The notes under the pieces are model-generated. The model saw nothing but the letters and a program-made list of their open reading frames with translations, did no database searches and had not been told where the DNA came from. This document shows positions 44,601 to 52,871 of a stretch of 64,000 bases of DNA, piece by piece. Positions within the stretch are counted from its first letter, which is position 1. The number at the start of each line of letters is the position of its first letter. Position numbers and translations under genes: made by a program. The stretch comes from a virus: the IMG/VR virus record IMGVR_UViG_3300047300_001121, positions 17,389 to 81,388 of that record; one strand, written 5' to 3'.

Positions 44601-47600
44601 CGAAGCCAAAGGCACCGGTCACGCGCGATCCGTCGGCATTCCACACGCCGGACACACCAGTCTCGGCGACGGGCGGGATGCGCGGCAAATCAGCGCCACG
44701 CACCATGTTCGCGGCGCGGCGTAGCATGCGGGCGGCCCAGACGTCGATGGTGGCCATGTTGGACTGGCCAATCAGGTTCAGCGCGAAGTTGCGGGCCTTG
44801 GGTGCCTGACCGGGCTCGATCACGCGCCACATGTCGACCAGCGCCTTCATGGCGTTGGTGGAGTTCATGCCGTACAGCTTGCCGCTGATCTGACGAATCT
44901 TGTCGGCGGCCGGGTACTTGCTGGCGTCCTTGCCTTCGTCGATGTAGGCGGAGAACTTGGCGAGCTGGTCGTTGAAGTCGCCGGCCATGAAGCGACGCAT
45001 GACGTCGAGCGAGAATCGCCAGTTGGTGTCGACCGGCGTGTTGGGGGACGTTGCACCCAGCAAGTCAGCCAGCAGATCGCCGGAGCCGCCGTATTCGCGA
45101 CGCAGCACTTCGGCGACGTTGCGATACCAGGTCTGGTGACCAATGATGATCTGAGCGTTCTTGTCGCCCTTGGCGGCGCGCTCGTAGATGTCAGAAACCA
45201 GGCCCTCGAACTTGTCGGCAACCTTGCCCAGCCACACGGTATCGGTCTTTGCCGGCGCGCGATTGCGGCCCGGGGGCACGTTGAACGCGTAGGGCAGGGC
45301 CTGGAACTTGGGCTTCTCGGATCCGGGGATCGGGTTGCCTTCGTCGTCCTGCTTGAGCTCGATGCCAACCACAGTCAATGGCGCCCAGCCTTGAGTGGTC
45401 GGGAATGCCTTCTTGATGCGGCGAGCCTCGTCGACAATAGCCTTGACCTGCTTCTTGCTCAGGTTGAGCTCTTTGGCGTCGGCGTCGATCGCTTCGATCT
45501 CTTTGACATCAAGGCGCGCAGCCTTGGCGCGCACGCGCTGCTCGCGGTCAATATCAAGCTTGTAGTCACGAGCCGTACTCTTGCGGACGTCAGCCTCATT
45601 GACCGAGAACACGCCGTTGTTGAAATTGGCGGATTTCAGTTGCTCAGGATTGAAAGCAACGAAGACGTCTGACGGATCGTCGATGTACGAGCTGTAGCCA
45701 GGGCCTGAATCGACGACGTTGAGAATGATCGCGCCGTCGGCGCCCCAGCGACGACCCTCGCGCACGACGTCATCGGTGGTCATGCCGATGCTGTCCTCTT
45801 CCTCGTAGCTTGATGCGCGACCTGCTTCTACCTGGCGGTCGGCATCCTCCTCCGTGTACACGTAGTCACCGGTGGGCTCGCCGTTCTCATCGAGCATTCG
45901 GTACATCGGCTGTTCGCGCTCGCCATTCCACAGGGCGCCGTTGAAGTCTTCTTCGTTGGCGCTGCGGATGTTGACGAACAGGGCGTAGTAGCCCGAAACG
46001 TCTTCGCCGCTCGGCGCTTCATCGCCGTAGTTATCGAGCAGGTGCTCCTCGGCTTCCGCGCGGGTGTCATAGACGTTATCCATGTACCCGTCTTTCGAGT
46101 ACACCTCGAACTTGCCATCGTCGGTCTCGAAGATGTCGTAGCCATCGTCGAGCAGCTCCTGCACCGTAGCTTTGTCGCGGAGCTCGATCTCGCCACCGCG
46201 ACGGCTGTAGTAGGTCTGCGCCATAGCGAGATTCGGCGTCGTGAAGATGCCGAGGTCGCCACGCTCTTTGCCGCCGGGCGTCTTGAAGTAGTTGAAGCCG
46301 CCCTTGTCGGTGCCGTGGTAGACGACCATCGGCTCGCCGTTGGCAGTGACAACCTTCGACACGTCAAGGTTGGTTGCCCAAACGCCACCGTCCTTGTGTG
46401 CCTGCTCCCAGTCGCCGAACCACTGCTTGAAGCTGGGCGTGCGCACTTGCACCCACTGGCGCTCGCTGAGCATGGTGTCGGTGCCATCAGGCGCCTTCAT
46501 CCATTGGTCTGTCCCTTTGTACTTGGCCTCGACTTCGGCGTATTCGCGCTTGGCGATTTCGACATCGCTTTCGCGCGCCGGGCTGAAGCGAATGGCGGAA
46601 CCGATGCGCTCGAGCTCAGCGTTGGCCTGTTCACGGCTATCAACCGGAACGGTCAGCGTGCCGGCGCGCAGCGTGGCGCCAGGGATGGCGTCGACGTTGA
46701 TGTCGGCGATCTCCTTCGACATGAGGCCCTTTTTGATCGGCTCTTGCTTGACCTCGGGGGCTTCTGCGCCCGGGATCTTTTCGCCGTTCTGGATCGAGCC
46801 CATTTGGCCCAGGTACTCAGGCGTGATGGAGCGCTTGCCCAGCATGATCACCACGCCGGGCTGCGTGCCGTCGCGGCGGTCCAGGTATCCGTCGTAGCCG
46901 CTGTCGAGCACGGCCGACTCGAAGGCCTCGAGGCTCTTGCCTTTGCGCAAGCCCAGAGGGTCCTTGTTCATGTCGTAGACGTTGGTCAACGTCGTGCGGT
47001 GGGCATGCGTGCCCAGGCCCGGAAGCGGCGTGATGCCGGTGCCCTTGTCGACATAGAAGTAGATGCGGTCGCGCAGGCGCTCGTCGGCGGCGTTTTGGAA
47101 CTGCTCGCGGTTGGCATCTTGCAGGCCGGCGCCGTGTGTGGCGGACGACAACACCTTGCGCGGTTGCTGGCTGAAGTGATAGCCGGTGAGCGTGAGGCCC
47201 TCGGGTCGGTCTTCGCTCTTCTTAATTTTCTGCTCGGCCTTCAGCTTCTCAGCAGCCATGGCGCGCTGAGTGATGCCCGAGTCCTTGAGGTAGCCGGCCA
47301 TTGCATCGACAAACGCGGCACGCACCTCATCGAGGTCCTTGACGAATCGGTCGGCCTGGTAGCCGGGCTGATTGAGTGACTTGACCAGGCGATCGATCAC
47401 GCGCTTCACCTGGGTGGCCAGCTTGGCGATGATGCCCTTGGCCTCGGCGCCGTTGTCGGCTTTGATCTTGGCAAACACCTCGAGCCAGAATGCCTTGTGC
47501 TTGAGCAGGTTGCCGCCCAGGTCGGAGACAAGCTCCTCGAGCTCGCCACCTTGCTCCTCAGACAGCGCGGCATCACCGCGTTGCGCGGCCTTCTCGGCGC

Positions 47601-50600
47601 CGTAGTAGTTCTCGCGGAAGGCTTGCGGATTGCTGACCTTGGTGCGCACCACGGCAGCAATGGCGTTCCAGGCTTCTGGATTGGTGTCGCGCAGGGTGTG
47701 GAAGAACTCGTGGCCAAACACGGCCAGCGGATTCACCGTGGTTTCGCTTGCCACGAAGATGGTGTCGGGGCGGCCAGAGAACACGAAGCCGTCTCCGATG
47801 CGACCATCCTGAGCTTCGTAGAACACGACCTGCTTACCCAGCAACCCGGCAACCTTCTGGATCATGTCGGCTTCGGCTTGCGACAGCGCACGAGGCTCGT
47901 CGCCGCGCTTGGCGCTGGTATTCTTCGGCAGCTCGGCCGGCTTGAGGATCTTGAGGTTGTGCTGCTTGCCGTTGGCCTTGAAGCTGAAGATCTTGGCTTC
48001 CTCAGCCTTTTCTTCTTTGGTGAAGTTCTCGGCCTTGCCAGCGGCAACAGCATCCGACAGCGGCTTCTTCGCGGCACGCGACTTGGACCAGGCCTTGAAC
48101 TCGTCCTGGGTCATCTCGGTGATGGCGCCCAGACCAGTCCAGCCCGGCTCGTAGTTGGCCAGGTAGCCTGCACGAGCATCGGCTTCGGTGGTGAAGCCCA
48201 TCATCACTTTGTGCTCGTCGAACGACCCGTCCTGATTGACCTGGTCGATGACGTAGATCTTGTCGCTGTCTTTGCGCGGACCAAGGAAGACGTCGAGCTT
48301 GTCGCCGTCAGCGCCGACCGTGCCCTGGAACTCACCGTAGTGGTAAGCCATCTTGGTTTCCCACGGCGTACCATCGGGAGACGTGCCACGGCGGATCGAG
48401 CCCTGCGGGTTCTCGATCTTGATCTTCATTCCGTTGAGCTCGATGACGTCGGACTTCTTGTAATTGCCGGCGGCGATCTGAGCCTCGGTCGGCTCAAGCA
48501 AATCGTTCTTCGGGCTGGCGGCCGCGGTATGAGCCAGGGCGTCGATGCGATCGTTGATGGCCTTGCGTGCGAGTTGCGCATCGGCAGCGCCGTCCAGCTT
48601 GAATTTCTGGCCGGTCTTGCTGTTGACCATCCAGAACTCATTGCCGTCACGCTGCACGGTCTCGAAGCCGTTCTCGGCGAGCTGTTGCACCACAGCCTTG
48701 CGCTTGCGCATAACGGCAGGGCCTGCACCGGCGGGGGTCTCGACGCGCGGCGCCTTCACCTCGGTCATGCTGCCAATACCGCCTTGCTCCACGGCGCGCG
48801 CAGCATCCAACGGAGTGTTGCCTTGCGCTACGTTTTGTTGCGCGACAGGCGTGGCAGTAGGCTCAGGGGCGGCTGCGGGCTGCTCCCGAGTGGTGGGTTG
48901 TTGGGTGGTGAGACCTCGCTGCGGACCAGGCAGAGCCTTGGGCCCGGGCAACATGTTGTCGACGCGCACAGCTTCGGCGTCGATGATGTTGGGGTCGAAG
49001 AACTGGCCGTTGAGATCGGCCGGAGCGACTGCGGTGCCGGCAGTCGGCGGAACGGCGAGGGCGGTGCCAGGCTGCTTCGGCGCTTCGTTTTGCATGACGA
49101 AGCCGGTGCCGGACTTGGCGGTGGCGAGCACTTGCTCGACCTGGTTGATCGCCTTTTCGCGGATCTGCGGATCCAGATTCGGGTTGCGCGCGATGCCCAG
49201 GGCGTACAGGAATTCGTTGCTGGTCTCCGGGCCAAAGCCGCGGATCTTGTCGAGCATGCCTTCCTGGTTCAGGTCGGCGTAGACCGCCGCAGCGCGTGCG
49301 GCGATTGGATCTTGATTCACCGCATCCTGTGCGGCTTGTGCAGCTTGCCCGGCCTGCTCGACAGCACCGGTGGCCACCACGGCGCGCGAGAGCACGCTGC
49401 CAGGCTTCTGCGCCTGGTCGGCAACGGATTGCAGCGGGTTGGGTGCGCTGGGCTTGGCCACAAAGCCGCCGCCAGCACCAATGGGTCCGCCAACAACAAA
49501 GCCACCCAGGAAGTCGCCAGCGGTGTTGCGCAGGGCATCCTGGCCCGGCTCGCGGCCCAGGGCGATATTCTCGCCGACGTTCTGGCCAACCTTCTCCGAT
49601 GTTTCTTGCAAGCCTTCAGCGGCTGCGCCACCAACACCGCCAATTGCGGCGCGGCCAGCGCGTGATGCCGCCGAGTTGCCGAGCATAGTCGAGATGCCTT
49701 TGCCCACCAACAGGTCCTCGATGACCTTGGTGTTGAAGGCACCGCCTGCGGCACCAGCAATGGCGGAGAGGCCGCCGGCCCAGCGGGCAGCACTGTTGAT
49801 CACGGCGTTGCGAGCTTGCTGCTGGTCACCGCTGCGCTTGAATGCTTCAGCATAGACGGGCACGCTTTGCAGCAGCTGCTCGTGTGTCATGCCTTGGATG
49901 GTTTGGGCGGTGGTCTGACGAACTTCGTCGGCGGCCGCGCCACCGGTCATTGCGCCACCCACACCAGAGCCGGTGACTCGAGCGGCCATAGCAGCCGATT
50001 GCGCGGCTTGCGTGAGCTCGGCAGCCTTGGCAGTGTCGCCAGCCAATTCAGCGGCGCGTGCGGCCTTGGACAGCGATGCAACGCGTTGTGCCGGGCCCAG
50101 GGCAGGCAGCAGGAAGGAGGCAAGCGAGCCAAAGCCGTTGGCGGCCATCATGCCCCAGCCTTCGCCGCTACCCGGCAGCTGCGCGTCACCGCTCAGTAAG
50201 TCGAGCACACTGCCTTCGACGCCGGCCTCTTGGCGAGCGCGCTGGCCACCAGCGGTCATGCTGTCACGAATCGCGCCAGACACCGGCTTGAGCGGGTTGA
50301 AGCCTTCGTAGTCCTCGGTGCCGGTCGCCTTGTTGGCGATAGCAGCCATGCCCTCGCCGAACATTTGCGCAATACTGCCCACGCCTTCAACGGCAGAGGC
50401 GGCAACTTCTTTGGCGTAATCTCCGGCGGTCGCACCAGGTCCGCGCGGATTGACGTTGCTGTACCAGGAGCCGGACTTGCCGACGCTGCGGCCGGTCTTG
50501 TTCAGGATTGCCGGGACATAGGCCTGCGTCTCGGCCGGCATGTAGCGCAGCCAGGCGTCAGGCGTTCCGTTCTTTTCGGCAGTGGCCAGGGCAGTGCGCA

Positions 50601-50982
50601 GGCGACCAGGCCCGGCGTTGTAGGCGGCGAGCGCCAGGGCGGGGTTGCCACCGAAATCCTCGTACTGCTTTTTGAGGTACGCCTCGCCCAGCTTGATGTT
50701 GTACTCGCGATCGGTGCGGTACTTCAAATCGTCGAACTCGAGGCCGGCCAGACGTGCAGCCTCAGGTGCGGTGTCTGGCATCACTTGCATGATGCCGATC
50801 GCACCCTTCTTGCTGGTGACCGGGGTGCCATCAGCTTTGAGTTGCTTCCCTCCGGATTCCTGCTTGCGCAGGGCGTCACCGACTTGCTGAACAAAACCGT
50901 CGGCAGTGTCGGGTTGCGTCGACGGCTCCACGGTTGCGTTGGGAGCGATGTTCAGCAAAAGGGAAAAGTCTTGGTCAGCCAT
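38695..50982 (-). CDS. Giant polyvalent ejection/internal virion protein (SLT, pyrophosphatase-like, HExxH, ART-like x3, glycosylase-like, SAM-lyase-like, PLxRFG)
   Basis: QESGG/GIMQVMP/YNAGPG; ENPQGS/GADGDKLDV/FDEHK; HEFFH; YHGT x2 plus YHFS; ATSP/TIDVW; VEELQSD; PLSRFG. Confidence 0.9.
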   Translation of the reverse strand: MADQDFSLLLNIAPNATVEPSTQPDTADGFVQQVGDALRKQESGGKQLKADGTPVTSKKGAIGIMQVMPDTAPEAARLAGLEFDDLKYRTDREYNIKLGEAYLKKQYEDFGGNPALALAAYNAGPGRLRTALATAEKNGTPDAWLRYMPAETQAYVPAILNKTGRSVGKSGSWYSNVNPRGPGATAGDYAKEVAASAVEGVGSIAQMFGEGMAAIANKATGTEDYEGFNPLKPVSGAIRDSMTAGGQRARQEAGVEGSVLDLLSGDAQLPGSGEGWGMMAANGFGSLASFLLPALGPAQRVASLSKAARAAELAGDTAKAAELTQAAQSAAMAARVTGSGVGGAMTGGAAADEVRQTTAQTIQGMTHEQLLQSVPVYAEAFKRSGDQQQARNAVINSAARWAGGLSAIAGAAGGAFNTKVIEDLLVGKGISTMLGNSAASRAGRAAIGGVGGAAAEGLQETSEKVGQNVGENIALGREPGQDALRNTAGDFLGGFVVGGPIGAGGGFVAKPSAPNPLQSVADQAQKPGSVLSRAVVATGAVEQAGQAAQAAQDAVNQDPIAARAAAVYADLNQEGMLDKIRGFGPETSNEFLYALGIARNPNLDPQIREKAINQVEQVLATAKSGTGFVMQNEAPKQPGTALAVPPTAGTAVAPADLNGQFFDPNIIDAEAVRVDNMLPGPKALPGPQRGLTTQQPTTREQPAAAPEPTATPVAQQNVAQGNTPLDAARAVEQGGIGSMTEVKAPRVETPAGAGPAVMRKRKAVVQQLAENGFETVQRDGNEFWMVNSKTGQKFKLDGAADAQLARKAINDRIDALAHTAAASPKNDLLEPTEAQIAAGNYKKSDVIELNGMKIKIENPQGSIRRGTSPDGTPWETKMAYHYGEFQGTVGADGDKLDVFLGPRKDSDKIYVIDQVNQDGSFDEHKVMMGFTTEADARAGYLANYEPGWTGLGAITEMTQDEFKAWSKSRAAKKPLSDAVAAGKAENFTKEEKAEEAKIFSFKANGKQHNLKILKPAELPKNTSAKRGDEPRALSQAEADMIQKVAGLLGKQVVFYEAQDGRIGDGFVFSGRPDTIFVASETTVNPLAVFGHEFFHTLRDTNPEAWNAIAAVVRTKVSNPQAFRENYYGAEKAAQRGDAALSEEQGGELEELVSDLGGNLLKHKAFWLEVFAKIKADNGAEAKGIIAKLATQVKRVIDRLVKSLNQPGYQADRFVKDLDEVRAAFVDAMAGYLKDSGITQRAMAAEKLKAEQKIKKSEDRPEGLTLTGYHFSQQPRKVLSSATHGAGLQDANREQFQNAADERLRDRIYFYVDKGTGITPLPGLGTHAHRTTLTNVYDMNKDPLGLRKGKSLEAFESAVLDSGYDGYLDRRDGTQPGVVIMLGKRSITPEYLGQMGSIQNGEKIPGAEAPEVKQEPIKKGLMSKEIADINVDAIPGATLRAGTLTVPVDSREQANAELERIGSAIRFSPARESDVEIAKREYAEVEAKYKGTDQWMKAPDGTDTMLSERQWVQVRTPSFKQWFGDWEQAHKDGGVWATNLDVSKVVTANGEPMVVYHGTDKGGFNYFKTPGGKERGDLGIFTTPNLAMAQTYYSRRGGEIELRDKATVQELLDDGYDIFETDDGKFEVYSKDGYMDNVYDTRAEAEEHLLDNYGDEAPSGEDVSGYYALFVNIRSANEEDFNGALWNGEREQPMYRMLDENGEPTGDYVYTEEDADRQVEAGRASSYEEEDSIGMTTDDVVREGRRWGADGAIILNVVDSGPGYSSYIDDPSDVFVAFNPEQLKSANFNNGVFSVNEADVRKSTARDYKLDIDREQRVRAKAARLDVKEIEAIDADAKELNLSKKQVKAIVDEARRIKKAFPTTQGWAPLTVVGIELKQDDEGNPIPGSEKPKFQALPYAFNVPPGRNRAPAKTDTVWLGKVADKFEGLVSDIYERAAKGDKNAQIIIGHQTWYRNVAEVLRREYGGSGDLLADLLGATSPNTPVDTNWRFSLDVMRRFMAGDFNDQLAKFSAYIDEGKDASKYPAADKIRQISGKLYGMNSTNAMKALVDMWRVIEPGQAPKARNFALNLIGQSNMATIDVWAARMLRRAANMVRGADLPRIPPVAETGVSGVWNADGSRVTGAFGFGADVMDKVSRALAERGINVTPPDLQAIAWFAEKELWGQKGWTSKTGEGGSFEENIEATPVERYLAGWSIQQGEKVPNNDEASVAQARVLSILVGDDSVVAARVMPTSGLYGGTVEASFDTEWTATKGQHDPSMVMAEIARIAEENNQYDIFVSKVLGPKDDSANARPGVEIYFKSQRDLATAMPILEKFTSRGQDGFTMAVDPRVTPKGVTGESFIGVRLQYVPEISMRWDEDLRDELLAPGGIERAIQEKRELLNDIAAEVRGMDGVAFAAMQNYDTVVVGKENYREYIDRIAEGGDRAPGGEAWFGSPLRQGLERAASRLRGDLGQDGARGVSDAGGEVRAGAAGQVLKSPARPAFYSQLQRAIEQVPQRLATMAAPAWKQWLTANASKLGIKADEIEWSGIKDFLDLQGKNKLTKDDLVAYLDDSGVKISEVTLTQSPNEGVWIPEDSDEEYAPEPERPAKYIAYTLPGGENYRELLITLPEKAGDYRVVNENGDIEGEGFFDREGAERFRADRERETGDNMIVEADRMNGGYLSSHWDEPNILAHIRVNDRTDADGKRVLFVEELQSDWGQEGKKKGFKQEVDRPGIEARMQAITARLREIAKTVNSEDVPELQAEWNRLSDEKSQLTEQLVRSNQGVPLAPFVTKTEGWLNLALKRIAMMAVEGGYDKVAFVNGEQSADRYDLSKQVDSISYEPTAKGYYINVMAGGSNIKNGDFTAAELEDIVGKEIVQKMDSREGQVEGTPGAPDYEDLKDIRTLSGEGLRVGGEGMKTFYDKIVPQAISKLLPKLGGEKLSSVVFGGEDVGGRYVVFDEDSGERLFRTDSRKEANEYRLAYTGDAVIKEVDGSAGVGLTGEQSGFDVTDKMRETVGQGVALFSRDRQTDTPEFKEWFGDSKVVDADGNPLVVYHGTASDFSVFDRERSGRNYVYRGGNKGFFFTNRPIPAGVYAEQADGANFGDEENPRFGNGGANIMPVYLSLQNPYERKATGSPDKWFDYNHDKIIEAAEKAGADGVIIRGGKGFEVRNVYIAFRPEQIKSAIGNNGNFDPTNPDIRKSADRPYFDDLSQMKVTANYNLGDLLKTSKKLSWWDRTIGTQYNLAQKHPQFKRVFDAVQRFINDVSVYATRAADLAPNILPKLESWKDIGKTPLSAEDVKALRDPIFGGTLKYTRDDEGNIVETEDVDKAGVVFTNDELKELFGLNDRQIGLYREFRRATNKSLSDLAVSDMLRYLGTDSEGVRQQALDAKNLDGALNAMIAHLDQLIEQQPTRAKVLEDSKRAIKEKAGQAIGLMARGYAPLSRFGEYTVYAVGKDGEQLYFSMFESERDANKMAREMQEQYPDATVTQGTMSQESYKLFSGVTPETLALFGESLGLEESGVDAKSEAFQQYLKMAKTNRSAMKRLIERKGINGFSEDVGRVLAGFVYSNARQTSTNLHAGEIGRSVQAIDQRDGDVKDAAVRLMEYVQNPREEAQAIRGMLFTQFIGGSIASAMVNLTQPFTMTLPYLSQFGGAAGAAKRMGEAVKMASRGIRNDDELAAALKRAEDEGIVSPQEVHQLMAQAQGKGQLQSGDGTKAGDAAAKINNAMAKLQLGWGKVFSAAEQFNRRVTFIAAYKLARDQGMADPMAFAQKAIAETQGVYNKGNKPAWARGAVGGTLFTFKQYSIGYVEFLRRMWGNGPEGKKAVGLALAVLFLASGLTGMPGADDLDDVIDGFMQRVLGRSFDSKQAKKEFFASILGQAGAEFVMSGLSGLPGVPIDLSGRMGLGNLVPGTGLLTKKRDYGRDYLEILGPAGTFFTNIGTGVASIAQGEFGKAAEAVAPVAAQNWIKSADMATMGYYRDQKGRKVVDTDAYDAFAKALGFQPKAVAQVQEATGAQQNLITQNKLRETEIADKWARGRIEKKPDLIEEAKQELADWNRNNPESRISIDAGQINKRVQEANKSKAQRVAATAPKEIRAAVKKELERVD
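43551..43742 (-). CDS. Nested out-of-frame 63-aa helical protein inside the giant gene
   Basis: GGGAAGGA RBS + GTG; GC3 54/63 versus 25/63 in the host frame (hand count). Confidence 0.7.
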   Translation of the reverse strand: MSTLIESLKAEIARLEAKHGSDHPYVKDLKEQLRASEATSGKTAHEVYRMQAAKFEPEQPDKS

Positions 50983-51014
50983 AGGTTCGATTCTATTGTT
51001 GCTGGGGTGGCCGA

Positions 51015-52871
51015 TCAGAACTTGATGCGGCGAAGGTCGGCGAGATCTGCAGTGGGCAGGTCGGCGTCGTTGTACTTGCGCACCAGATCTTCAGGCGCCA
51101 TCGTCTTCTTGTCTGCTTGGTATTGCTTTGACAGGGCCTGCTGACTGGCCAGGCGCTCCTGCTGCTTCTTGTCGTTGGCAGAGTTGAGCTCGGCACGCTT
51201 GGCGGCCGCACGACCGGCAGGAGAGTTGGGGTCCGGCGTGTAGTTCATGCCGCCGTTCCAGTTGATGGTCGGGCCGCCTTTGTTGGTCTTGGGCGGCGTG
51301 GGCATGCCGTACTTGCTGATCAAGTCGAGCTGACGCGACAGGGTGTCGACGTCTTTGCCAGCTTCTTTGGCTGCAGCCAGGTAGGCCTGGCGAGCCTGCG
51401 GATTGCCGGCGACCTGAACCAGCTGCTGTTGAGTGGCGGCGCGCTGCTCTTCGGGCACCACGGCCAGCATGTTGCTCATCATGCCGGTGACCGCGCTCTT
51501 CATGCCGTCGGCGCCAACACTCTTTTCCATCTCGGCGACGCTTGCGCTGTTGGGCGCCAGGTTGAATTGACGGCCACCCTCGAAGTCAGGGTTGCTGTAC
51601 ACCTTGCTCACGCGGCCATCGGCGCCAAGCTGCATCTTGATGGCAGCGGGATTGGCTGAGGCGTCGGCGGCAATGCCAGCGGCAGTACGCGGCGAGATGC
51701 CGGCGTTGCTGGCGTAGATGCCATCGAGGTAGCTCACGGCGCGCGTGTAGCGCTGCGCACCTTCGGGTGTGCCATCGGTCTTGCCCAGGGCATCCTTCAG
51801 GATGGTGGTGGCGGTGTCGATGTCTTCCTTCGGTGCTTTGCCGGCGCCGGTTCCGGTGCCGCGGCCGCCGGCGCCATCGATCTTGCGCAGGATGGTGTTG
51901 CCGTTCGGGTCGGTCATCACCTCGTAGCCGGCGGGAATGTTGCCTTCGCTCAGCGTAACGGTCTTGCCAGTACCAGGATCCACCACCTCGCGCTTCTCGC
52001 CCGGCTTGAGCGTGTAGGGCTTGTAGAGCTCTTCGCGGATCTTGGCGGCGGCTGCGGACTTGGCGTTGGAGGCGGAGACGACGCCCTCGATGCCGGAGAT
52101 GTGGCGCACCAGGGCAGCCTCAGCGTCGGGCACCAACACTTTGCCGTCACGGTCGACGACCTGGTGGACCTTGTTGCCCGCCTTGTCGGTGACCGTCTTG
52201 AAGGTCTGCCCGTCTTGCAGGCGCGCAGCACCGGTGGAGTTCCACACCTTGAGCGCGTCTTCTGGGCGGTCAGCATTGAGCAGACTCAGGGCCTTGAAAG
52301 CGCCTTCCTTGTCGGCTTGCTTGGCGCGAGCCAGGTATTTGTCGGCGAGCTCCTGGCCGCCGGCCATGGTTGCGAGCTTCTCGGACAGCGCCATGTACTT
52401 GGCGTAATTGCCGGGCGCGTTCTCGTCGGCGTAAGCCTTGGCTTGCTGTGCAGCGCTCAGCCCGGTGAAGAGCTTGCGGCCGCCGTCCAGCGTGCGCACC
52501 GAGCTTGCCTTTTCGGCGGTCGGCATCGGGCCACCGGTCTCGATGGCCTGCTGCTGAGCTGCAGCGTTGGCCGCCTCGAGGTCGGGCTGATACGCGGTCT
52601 TCTGCTGTCCAGAAGCGTCTTCGTACGTCACCGCGGCGCCATTGTTGTCGACCTGACCAGCTTTACCTGTCGTGGTGACGGCATTCTCGATGGCGAGCTC
52701 GTTCTCGCGCTGACGACGTTCGGCATCGGCGCGCTCTTTCCTCCACTGAAATTCTTCAGCGGAGCGAGCATCAAGCTCCGCCTGTCGGGCGTCTTCTTTT
52801 TCCTGGCGCTTGTAACCCTGGTAGGCATTGAAGCCTCCAGCCAGCATTCCGAGTCCGATTAGCGGGTTCAT
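51015..52871 (-). CDS. Ejection/DNA-transfer protein
   Basis: Position upstream of the giant protein; A/G/K-rich helical. Confidence 0.7.
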   Translation of the reverse strand: MNPLIGLGMLAGGFNAYQGYKRQEKEDARQAELDARSAEEFQWRKERADAERRQRENELAIENAVTTTGKAGQVDNNGAAVTYEDASGQQKTAYQPDLEAANAAAQQQAIETGGPMPTAEKASSVRTLDGGRKLFTGLSAAQQAKAYADENAPGNYAKYMALSEKLATMAGGQELADKYLARAKQADKEGAFKALSLLNADRPEDALKVWNSTGAARLQDGQTFKTVTDKAGNKVHQVVDRDGKVLVPDAEAALVRHISGIEGVVSASNAKSAAAAKIREELYKPYTLKPGEKREVVDPGTGKTVTLSEGNIPAGYEVMTDPNGNTILRKIDGAGGRGTGTGAGKAPKEDIDTATTILKDALGKTDGTPEGAQRYTRAVSYLDGIYASNAGISPRTAAGIAADASANPAAIKMQLGADGRVSKVYSNPDFEGGRQFNLAPNSASVAEMEKSVGADGMKSAVTGMMSNMLAVVPEEQRAATQQQLVQVAGNPQARQAYLAAAKEAGKDVDTLSRQLDLISKYGMPTPPKTNKGGPTINWNGGMNYTPDPNSPAGRAAAKRAELNSANDKKQQERLASQQALSKQYQADKKTMAPEDLVRKYNDADLPTADLADLRRIKF

